Assembly (NCBI RefSeq): GCF_009914755.1
Contig: NC_060932.1
Direction: 5' to 3' (one strand)
Source of the DNA: the human T2T-CHM13v2.0 reference genome, Homo sapiens
DNA: 64,000 nt
Shown in pieces: positions 53,336 to 64,000 of the stretch. Every line of letters begins with the position of its first letter. Position 1 is the stretch's first letter. A program made the position numbers and the translations under genes. The notes beneath the pieces are model-generated. The model searched no databases, had not been told where the DNA came from, and saw nothing but the letters and a program-made list of their open reading frames with translations.

Positions 53336-55032
53336 GGGAGCTGATCAAAATCATGAAAGACACAATCCCAAACGCCATAATCCGGAATGTTGAAATCCTG
53401 AAAGAACAAAGTCCCCAATATCTAAAATCCTGAAAATCACAATTCCAAATGACCATATCCCAAAAATATAATTCTGGAAAAAATATTTTTAAGTTGATGT
53501 TCACTTACATGTTTTAAGTAGAATTTGTTGTAGAAACATAAAAACATGACAGAAGACATTTTAGGCCACTTTACACAATAAAATAGACAATAACATACAT
53601 ATTTTTGCAATCATAAACACTCAGGTATACTAACAATAGTTGCATGCATATAACAGTTCAGGGAAGATGCACTGTATACATGAAGAAATAGGTAAAAAGG
53701 CAAAATACATAAATGCATATCACGATGGTTGATAATTGTGTGCACCCAGCTTTATATCTGCCGTCATCTAAAATACCACAATGGACAACCTAAGTCTCTC
53801 AATGACAGTGATCAAACACTGCAATAGGTCAACACTGCATATGCAGTCTCTCAAAGAGCCAAGATTGAGAAATTTTTTCATAAATGCAGATGTACAAAAA
53901 GAACAGCTCTTTATTTATTGAGGAAGTTTCAATCTTTTTACATATACACCCAATGCTTACACACAGTCAATGTTGTGATAATGCACTTTTGAGGAGTCGA
54001 ATTTGCAAAAAATGCATAAAATTAATAAGAACTCTTTAAAAATCTTTATACAATTTGTACCTCCAGTGTTGGAAATGATATGAAGATAAACTATACAGCA
54101 GAGAAAATTGTAAAAAATGATGCAGACAATTTAAAATAGTAGCGGAAAAACTAAAATAAGAAAAAGACCAAAACAAAAAAACTAAAAAGAAAATGTGACA
54201 TGTGAAAAAGTGTATTACGGGATAGATTATGAGCAATGGATGGAGGTAGTCTATAAAAGCTGGCCAACTTTCATGATCATTAACTATATTTTGAAGTCTT
54301 GCATCATGATGAATAGCTATGTTTTTTCTTTTATCGCATCACTTTCCTCGGAGAATATGTTCACAATCACTTTCTATTTAGTGCTGCTCTTTTTGAAATC
54401 CTTCCACGACTCGATATACACCAACAAGAGCATTACCCATTACATTTTTTTGTCGTCTGTGCTATGTTTCTATGTTGTTTTGTGTACATGGAAATCTATT
54501 CTGCACGCACTCATGTACAGATCACAGATTTGGTGGAAACAGTACTGGTGATCAAAGAACAAAACCATTGCATATTTTCTTACACTATTGTGCAAATTCA
54601 TTATTTTTGAACTGGTTGGTAACTTCGATACCTCATTTAGGAAAATGTGGTTTTAATTAAAATCTCCTGGAATTTCATCAGCTGAAAGAAATGTCAATGC
54701 AGAAAAATGATGCATTTTTAAAGTGAAGTTTTAGTCATTGCCATATTGCGTGGTCAGTCCATTCATTTGAATTTTCTGCCAAATGTGAATAAAGACAACA
54801 ACAAGGTAGTTGTTCCACCTAACATGATGCAACTAACATTATCAGCCCCACAACCAAAGATGAATGAATTCCTTTGCCAGAATTCGGCTTTCAGGATTTC
54901 AACATTTGGGATTTTAATCTTTTAGGATCATTACTTTAGGGATCTTAATTTTAAGGATTTTGATCTTTCAAGAGTTCAACATCCTGGATTACAGTATTCA
55001 AGATTGTGTCTTTCAGGATTATAATCCAACCC
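53336..55032. mobile_element. Ricksha-like MULE/MuDR DNA transposon with both TIRs
   Basis: Left TIR aaagacacaatcccaaacgccataatccggaatgttgaaatcc is mirrored at the right end. Minus-strand transposase remnant near 54650-54790: IWQKIQMNGLTTQYGND*NFTLKMHHFSALTFLSADEIPG. Confidence 0.85.
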
Positions 55033-56112
55033 CCACCCCCATCACCACCACAACCACCGGCCCCGCCAGAGTCACTCACTTGAAATGGCTTTGTAGTCAA
55101 AGTAGACTTTCCATTAGCAAGTATGAATTGAGAACACTTTTGTAATTCTATTACTTAGCATGTTGCCTGATACATAATAAGCGTTTTGTGAATATTGGAT
55201 GGGTGATGGGATGAATACAGGAAAGAAACCAAATCTGATCATTAGATTTGTCTACAGTTATTTGTCCTTTGGAATAAGCATAATCATCATCCTCATCAAA
55301 TGAGCTAAATCTATTTACACAGATTTGAAAAAGTGCAGGGAGATTAAAGGATAGAGAAAATAAAAGGAAAAAACCATATGTTCTCTCTGAGCTCTTAAAG
55401 TTGTGTTATCTGCAGTACACATTTGGCAGGTATATATTGTTGTGTTAGTTAACGTTACACGTGTGTAGGATTTATCACCCCAACTACATTATCAGCTTCT
55501 TAAGATCTAAAAACATAACTTATAATTACCTATATCTTCCCCTCAACTTCCACTTTTACATCAGCTGGCTTAGCACCTGGCACTTAAGAAGTACTCAGTA
55601 AATATGGAATGTAGCATGACTCAGCGCTACTATATTCAGCTAAAAGCTGAGTGGCCAATTTATTCTCATGTGCTATGGATAAATGCTAGTTTCATCTCCC
55701 TGAGCCTTACCCAGCCTTTATCCTGAGGTTCCAGTCTCTGATTGACATCATGATACTATTCTCTGGGTTGCAAACACTGGTCATAAAGATGGATAAGGAA
55801 AAGATAAAAAGTTGTCAACTCAGAGCTCAAGTCACTAAAATTCTAAATTACAGTAGCAATTGTGACAATAATTATAATAAAAGTAAGTTAAAAATGATCA
55901 TTGCTAGTTGTGATTAGAATAGGTATGTTTTAACAATGTATTTTGCTCTAATAATTAACTCAGAAAGAGTTTAGTATGCAGTTTCTGAAATAAAAGACAT
56001 CTGAGAGGTTCATATATTTGTGTTAGGTTGCTGAAATCCAAAAGAATAAAATATCATATTATCAAGTTTAGAAGTGTGATAAATTGTTCAAATTTAGTTG
56101 TTAAAAGTTCTT

Positions 56113-56702
<590 letters not shown>

Positions 56703-57228
56703 AATTCTTATAGAAAAAAAAATTGTTTAAGGAATAAAGCACTAGATTCCATCAAGACCAAATAACTGGGAAGGGAGGGAGGAAGGAACAAAGAGGCTAC
56801 AAAATACTGCAAGATTCTCAGATTTTGCCAGTCTTTGACCTTGTTGCTCTGCTCACATCTCAGTACTGAGCAGCCTATCACCTGCAGATTCAGCTCAGTT
56901 GGATGTTTGACCCAACCCGGCACACCTATACAAAGCTGGATTAGCCTGTGTGCTAATCTCCTTGTGCCTAGGCATGAGATGTATCCCTCCTTCAGTAAAG
57001 ACTATTGAGCATGCACCTGCCTCCTATACACATATCTTTATTTATATGTAAACTATATATGAGTTATGCTGTAGTAATATATACATCATAGGACATACAT
57101 AAGGATATATATATATTTTTTAATTCTCATTGGCTTTTATTTGCAATCCTAGAATTGGGAAATGCTTCACTTTATACAATAGAATGAATGTTCCCAAAAG
57201 AACAATTTTTTTAAAGAATGAGATAGTG

Positions 57229-57264
57229 ACCCAGATAGCCCAGTCAGTAGAGCATTAGATTTTC
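57229..57264 (+). pseudogene. tRNA-Lys(UUU) 5'-half tailless retropseudogene
   Basis: acccagatagcccagtcagtagagcattagattttc matches GCCCGGATAGCTCAGTCGGTAGAGCATCAGACTTTT at 29/36. TSD aaagaat(g/a)agata. Confidence 0.85.
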
Positions 57265-58809
57265 AAAGAATAAGATAAAAACAAATGTAAACAGCAGTTC
57301 TATTATGTCTTCACTCCTGTGAATCACCGCATACTCCTTGGGACAAATACTCTTAGCTTGGAGACCTTGTGTGAAAGTTGCCCTTGCAAGCCCCCCTTGT
57401 GTGTTTCTCATCAGGATGACTGTGCTTCTGCCTTGGCTTCTTGATTTGCCCTCTGGTTTCCTCTTCCTACCTGCCCACCAAGGGCCACCCCTCTCTTCTG
57501 AACCTACACATCCAGACTCCTAAAACTCTGATTTTTTGTTTGTTTGCAATCCCTTATTCCTGGGAGCATGGACCTTGCTCTTAAACCTCAGTCACAGACC
57601 AGGGCTTTGATCTGCAAACATACAGAACACCTGCAACCACCAAGGTGCCACTGACCTGGCTCGAGCATTGGCTCTACCTGGAAATTCATGCTGTCATAAC
57701 AAACCCTTCAGAGTGCTTGGCTACCACAATGCTGCTCCTCAAGAAGTAAAACAAGAGTTCTTCAAAGAAAGCAACCATCTAGTGTTTCTCATAACAACAA
57801 CACGTACTCTCCTTTCTCTACTCCTGAGTCACATGATATACAAGCAGGGATGTGTCAATGTGACAGACTATAGCAGCACAAATCCGAGTGTTTATTACAA
57901 TACATGTCTAATATATCTTTGGTGTTGGCTATATTGACTTTCCTATTAATCGTTAGCATACTAATTAAATAAATATTCATTTATTACCACATTTTAGATT
58001 AGATTGGCTTTTCCCTCTTTTTGCCATCTGGTGTGTCTTCTTCTACCACAGTCTCTTTCAAATAAGTAATCTAAGGGTTATAAAACTCTGTGAAAATGCA
58101 TTAACCAATACCACAGTTAAACAAAAGCTTTCAAAGGACAAGAAAATCACTTTGTTGAGGTTCCTGAAGTTTCAGTCAGCTTTTAGTGTGATATCAACAA
58201 TTAGACTAATCCATAGTGTTCAACAGCCCCAAAGTCACAGTGTAATTTTGATTCTCTGAAATCAGGAGTGAGAGACTCAGAGGTCTGGCCTCAGCTTCTC
58301 TTCTCATGCTTATATTCTTTCATTCTTGAAATTCTCCTTTGATAAGAGTCTGTTATTCTCATCAAAGGAGAAATGTAATAAGCAGATTTAAGATAATCTT
58401 GTGTCCAAAGAGCTATTTGTAAGGGTCATGAAGTATGTCTAGATTTGATTATCTCACAGGAAGTGTGCAATAAAGAAATAAAGAAAAGGCAGGAATAAAA
58501 AGTGTCCTACACATATACACAAAAGGAAAAACTGCAAAACAATCCTAAAACAAAATCTAAATACAAAGCATTCTAAACAGGGTAGCTATTACTAAATTGA
58601 CACAAAGGAACATTGAGAATGAAAGTATAATCATATTTAACAATTGCTTTATATCTCACCTTATAAGCCAGGGAATTATAAGAAAAATCCAGGGCTAGAT
58701 AAAATGATAGTATGAAAGGTGAAAATAAAATAGGAACTTTCACCAACACTGCATTGTTTCAACAAGGAATAGTTCATTATTAGAGAATATTAGTGAAACA
58801 TAAACACTT

Positions 58810-59670
58810 CCAGTTTGATTATTATATTTTTCAGGTCTAAAATTTCTAGTTCATTCTCTTTCAAATATGCAAGATCACTTTTTATAGTTTCCAATTCCTT
58901 GCTGAAATGTTTAAGTCTGAGTTTTCCCTTCATAAGCATAATATACAAGTTTATGTCAATTTGCTTTTGGTAATTCCACTATCCAGGTGACTCATGAGTC
59001 TGTTCCTGTATTCTGTTATTTATGGAGGTTCTGATTCATGTTTTCTTGTCTCCTTGTGTGCCTAGTTATCTTTAATTGTGTAATAGATGTCATAGTTGAA
59101 AAAAACAAAAAGACTTTACAGTAATAATTTGAGGCTAAGTATAATCTTTCTCTTCCTCCAAGGAAGGATTTTTCATTTGCTTCTGCTGGGAAGCCAGGTA
59201 CTAGCAATCTAAGATCCATTTGACCAACTTCAGACCTTCAGAAGTTTGGGGGCTCCCAGAGGACTTGAAGCCTGCTTAGGATCCATGAAAGCGTTGGTTT
59301 GTGTCTGGTTTACTCTCCTGCGATGCAGCCCTTTGGTTCCCCATCGTCAATCTGGGTGTTCCCATGGATCACCCATGGGATCGCTGGTCTCCAGCTTTAA
59401 TCCCATCTCCCCTGGGAAGCTATCACGAGCACTGCTCAGCCACCTGTTCCGGATTGGCAAATGTCCCTCCAAGCAGAAGTCATTCCAAAAGCCAGACTCA
59501 AGTTTATGAATTTCTATCTTCTTTCAGGTCTTGCTAAGGTAATTCTTTACTATCTTTTCAGTACTTGGGTGTTTTTCGAAAGATTTTTAAATATCTTACC
59601 CAGCTTTTTCAATTTCAATAAGAATGCTGATCCAAATTACCTAGTCTAACATTTTAAAAGGTCAGAAATC
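58810..59670 (-). mobile_element. Ancient L1M remnant
   Basis: T-rich degenerate L1 pattern (tatttttcaggtctaaaatttcta, gttttcttgtctccttgtgtgcctagttatcttt). Confidence 0.5.
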
Positions 59671-59892
59671 TAGACATACTTCAATTTTAAACACCTGCTG
59701 AAAATGGAATGGGAAAGCAAGCAGTCAATAGATATCATTGTTCTTTTAAACAACTATTGAATAACTAATATATGTCAGTCTTACTTAACAATATGTATTC
59801 CAAAGAAATTATTCACACAAATTTTAAGGTGGATTTTATTCAAATCTGTTTTAAAATTATAAATAAATAAACCTCCACGTAATAAAAATATT

Positions 59893-61110
59893 ATTCACTC
59901 AACAAATATTTATTGAGGATTTATTATGAGCCAGTCACATTTTAGGTGCTGGGGATACATCAGTGAAGAAAACAAAAAAGATCCCTGCCCATGTGGTGCT
60001 TCTATTCTAGTAGCAATATATGACCAAAAAAATTAACATATAAAACAGTAAAGTAGATGGTATATTATATATTGGTATATAGTACATTAGAAGGTAATGA
60101 GTATTATAGAGTATAATAGAACTGAGTAAGATATTAAAAGAGTCAGGAGAGGGAGAAGGTTTATAATTTTTCCAGATTGGACAGAGTAGGCTTCATTGAA
60201 AAGATGAAATTTGACTAGGCTTGAAGGTGAAGAAAGAGTTGCCCATGTGGGTATGTGGGGGCAGATGGAACAGCCAGAGGGGAGACACTAAGTGTGACTG
60301 TGTCCATCCTGATCATGAAACATCTAGGAACCATAGGGCTAGAGTAGAATGAGAAAGTAAGAGAGGAGGTGAGGAGGAAAGAATGAGTTAAGAGAGATAG
60401 TGGGGGGTGGAGGGTGAGGACAGGTCTTATACAGCCTTAAGGACTGCTGTGAGAACTTCAACTTTTAATAGCACTGAACACAGAAGGGATTTGATCATTC
60501 TGACTGGGACATTGAGGATTTGTGGAAAGAAAAACAGAAGCCAAGATAAGAGCCCACTGCAGTAACACAGATTATGCAGTCTCAATATACTTTCTATGTA
60601 TTTTCAAGGTAGAATCCATGAGATTTTTACAAATTAGATATGGAATGTGAGAAAAAGAAAGAATGCAAGTACATGTCTCCATGATTTTTAGCCTGAGCCA
60701 CCAGAAAGGTGGAATTGCCATCTATTGACAAGGTGAAGGCAGAGGGTAGAGCAAGTCAGGGAAGAAGATTGGGAGTCCAGTTTGGGTTGCATTTGAACAT
60801 GTCAACAAAATAAAGGGAGACATATATCCAAGTTGGATATACAAATTGGGAGATAACGTGAGAGACCTGAACTGGAAATATAAGTGTGGGACTCTTAAGC
60901 TAACAGTTTATATTTAAAGCCATGAGACTCAATGAGGTTCTCAAGGGAACAAAATAGACAACAAAAATGTGAAAGACTGAACACTAGAACATAAAGAGGT
61001 CCCAATATCTTTCATATATATTGTTTGGAGAGATAAAAAGAAAAAGCTGAATGAAGGACAACAGAAGGACAATTTGAGAACAATAAGAGAGAATATACAA
61101 AATTAGAAAA
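59893..61110 (-). mobile_element. L2 LINE remnant
   Basis: cactcaacaaatatttattgagg (antisense L2 3' end), ggtgctggggatacatcagtgaa, tttaaagccatgagact. Confidence 0.8.
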
Positions 61111-61648
61111 ACAGAGGAAGTATGGCCAGTGATTATTCCCCCTCTGGCCATCCCTTGCCAGACACTGTACCTCTCTCCACACAGTTCCTTGACTTTCTTT
61201 GAGCTAGAAGTAGATGTCATTTAGCTAGGCAAGCCAAGACCATCAGTATCCCACACCTCTGAAATTTTCTACAACACTAAAGGAGATTTTTCAGAATCAT
61301 TAGATACAGGAGAGACCAAAAATAAGTTTTCATCTACTGACTCCACAGTCATGTAAAAAAATGTGACAAGGTTGAACTTCATCTCCAGTATCACTCCATG
61401 TCCCTCCCTCTCTACCTCCCTTCCATACAATGACACCAAATCTTCAACCCAGTGGATACCCAGTGACTTCAAACTAATACCTTGAATGCTCTCATCTCTA
61501 TCAAAATGTACCTGTTCTGAGTTTTAGAACATCACAGACTTATCCTCCACTAGAAAACAAAGGTGCTATCATCTGAGAGTGATTTAGAGTGCAATTCTAC
61601 TCCAAAACATTTGCACTTAACAGCAGCTTTCAGAACTACTCCATTGAT

Positions 61649-61997
61649 TACAATGGACTGACTGTGTCCCACCAAAATTCATATACTGAAATCCTATGTG
61701 ATGTTATTTAGATGTGGGGCCCTAGAGAGCTAATTAGGTCATGTGCATTGAGCCCTCATGAATGGGGTTAGTACCTTTTTAAAAGGGACCCCAGATAGCT
61801 CTCCAGCTCTTTCCCACATGTGAGGACAGCAAGACAGCCATCTATGAACTAGGATGAGGGCCCTCACCAGACACTGAATCTGTCAGCATCTTAATTTTGG
61901 ATTTCCCAGCCTCTAGAATGGTGAAAAATAAATGTTTGCTGTTTAAGCCACCCAGTTTATGGTATTTTTTTTATAGCAACCAAAATAGACTAAGACA
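61649..61997 (+). mobile_element. MLT1A0-like solo LTR
   Basis: tgtgtcccaccaaaattcatatactgaaatcc ... tagactaagaca, with TSD ttgat/ctgat. Confidence 0.87.
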
Positions 61998-62864
61998 CTG
62001 ATTAAAGTGAATGAGATAAGGGGTTTTTTGGAACCATGACAAAGCTTCACCAGAGAAATGAAAGGAGGGATGAGCATACGCCCCCACAAGAGGTCCCGCC
62101 TGGAACTGTTCACAACGAATGCTGCTAATCCCCCTGGCTGGTTGAGGCTGGGCAGTCCTCTTCTTAGAATACCTAACAGGACATTTTAATTTGAGATTTC
62201 CTATGAGCAAAATAAAACCACTTGACAAACACTGAGCTCACATGATGAAATGAAGTAAATTCAGATTACCAGTGAATCTGGACATTGATTTTATTTAAAT
62301 ATTAAGTAGCATCATCTGAAATGACCTGTTTTAGGTTAAAAAAAATCAAATATTGGCCTTTTCATTTGATTCAATCTAATAGACATATGTACATGTTTAT
62401 TTTAATACACAGACATAACAATTTTGTGGCTTCGTTGGCAAAGTCTAACTACTTATGTGACTACATAAATCTGCATATCACTGGAATTATTGCTGGAGAC
62501 ATGTGTCTCTTTGAATGTGAATGAACTCGGCAAAATGCGTTCTATAGAATGCCTTCTGCCACTGGTATGGTGGAGGTCTTAGGGCTAATTATTTAAAGCT
62601 GACTGCAGCCTGTAAGATTCTTACCCACACTAAGAAGCCCTTCCTGCACTCCTGTTTGACCCTTTCAAGCCCATCTCATAATGTGATGAGTGTTCTCATC
62701 TTAGCATCGCTGAATGTAACCTACTGCTTTAAGTTCCTTTCCTTACACTCAACAATATAATTTTGCTACTCTGACTAGAAGGACATCTGTGGGTCCTCGT
62801 ATTTTTTTTTCTAAAAAGGAGGATTCTGCTTCCTAGCAGTTGTGCAACCTTTGTCAATTCCCTG

Positions 62865-63258
62865 TGATAGACCCTGAGTAGATTCTCATCCCACCTGTTT
62901 CTTCTTCTTCCTGGAATCACAAGGTACCAGGCTTCCTTGAAATTAGATGTGGCCATGTTGCTTAGTGAAATGTGAGTAAAAATGGTTTATGTCGCCGCTG
63001 GACACAGCAGTTAGGAACACCCACTACTTCTCCACTTTCTCTCTGACCTCGGCTCCCAGCCAGGTGCAGAGATTCCATGGGCGGACTCTGGGACCCTAAG
63101 GATGGCAGATCCATTAGATGAAAAGAGCCTGTGTCTCAAATGAGTCTGTGATCCTCTCTGGGGCTCTCACTGGGTTGAGTGAGAAACAACCCTTGATTGT
63201 GTTAGATGACACAGATGTTTGGAGATATTAACAGCAGTTAGCCTACTCTGTCTAATAA
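62865..63258 (+). mobile_element. Old MaLR LTR (MLT1J-like)
   Basis: cttccttgaaattagatgtggccatg ... gagtgagaaacaacc ... ttagcctactctgtctaata. Confidence 0.65.
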
Positions 63259-63269
63259 ACTCCCTAATA

Positions 63270-63400
63270 TTTTATTTCCTCATCTGTAAAATTTTCAAAA
63301 TTATAGAACCTACCTGGTAGAGTTGATGTTAGGATTAAATGAGATAACAAATGTAAAGTGCTTGGCACAGGATAAAACTATATAAATGGTGGCTACTTTG
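63270..63400 (-). mobile_element. MIR SINE remnant
   Basis: tttcctcatctgtaaaat...gttaggattaaatgagataac...tgtaaagtgcttggcaca. Confidence 0.75.
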
Positions 63401-64000
63401 TAATTACCACCATTATCATCATCATCATCGTGATCTCTCTCTCACATTTTGGAGGAAACATTTTCTATGATCCTAAAAATAGCCTAGGGTTCAGAAAATA
63501 GCTTTTTGGCAGTGCTCAATGGACAGCATACTTCCAAGACCCAATATCTGACCTGTGTAGTAGTGTAACAGCAAAGCTAATGGGATATTGATAAATCTTT
63601 TCTGGCTCAGAGCAGTTTCCATTGGGTAAGGTTAGATTTTAATGCCTATCATTTACTGAATAATTTAAATCATTATTTCCAATTGCTCTTGGGCATGCAT
63701 ATTTGTAAAATCCTCTTAGAGATACCATCTGATATAATTCGTTTGCTATAAATCACATGTGTAGCAAGAAACTTTGCATGCCATGCATGTTTTATCAATG
63801 CTTGTTGATTGACTAAGGAGTATTTCTTTTTTTAGTCTCAAGTTTCCTAATGATTTCCTAAAATTTATGCTCACCAGCTCCTTTTTTCAATGAAATATTA
63901 TTTGTCACTTCAATTAATATCAACAGAACACATCCATTTTTCCAACTACAGTTTCTCAACACATCACGAGATAGTAAGTATGAATACACAGCAGCATAGA

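Noticed and set aside
53380-53480. Short periodic aaatcc repeats suggesting an array
   Set aside because: These are sub-terminal repeats of the Ricksha TIR. There is no CRISPR-like repeat-spacer structure anywhere in this eukaryotic window.
57229-57264. Functional tRNA gene
   Set aside because: Only the 5' half is present; there is no B-box, T-arm or 3' acceptor strand.

Overview
This is primate genomic DNA, most likely hominoid or human: it carries AluJ/AluS, L1PA7 to L1PA2, THE1, MST and MLT1 elements. It looks intergenic or intronic. I found no credible cellular protein-coding exon, and nearly all ORFs in the track are Alu, L1 or microsatellite translations. Roughly 6.2-21.1 kb is a nest of retroelements inside an ancient L1M. 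It includes a full-length but inactivated L1PA4-like element carrying a nested L1PA2-type 3' fragment, an antisense L1PA7-like element, and a second 5'-truncated L1PA4-like element. The rest is scattered Alus, MaLR/ERV1 solo LTRs, DNA transposons (MADE1, MER44, MER2, Ricksha), MIR/L2 and a few repeat-free blocks. I do not see a new multi-gene system. The signals most worth checking are: (1) two independently inserted L1s 3.5 kb apart that share apparently private variants including frameshifts, plus a younger-subfamily patch in one of them; (2) a ~160-bp local sequence copied into an LTR; (3) a tailless 5'-half tRNA-Lys retrocopy with target-site duplication (TSD); (4) an unexplained 30-bp-stem hairpin; (5) a divergent pair of CTCF-like motifs; (6) very closely spaced inverted Alus. 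Repeat subfamily names come from my recall of consensus sequences, not from a RepeatMasker run.
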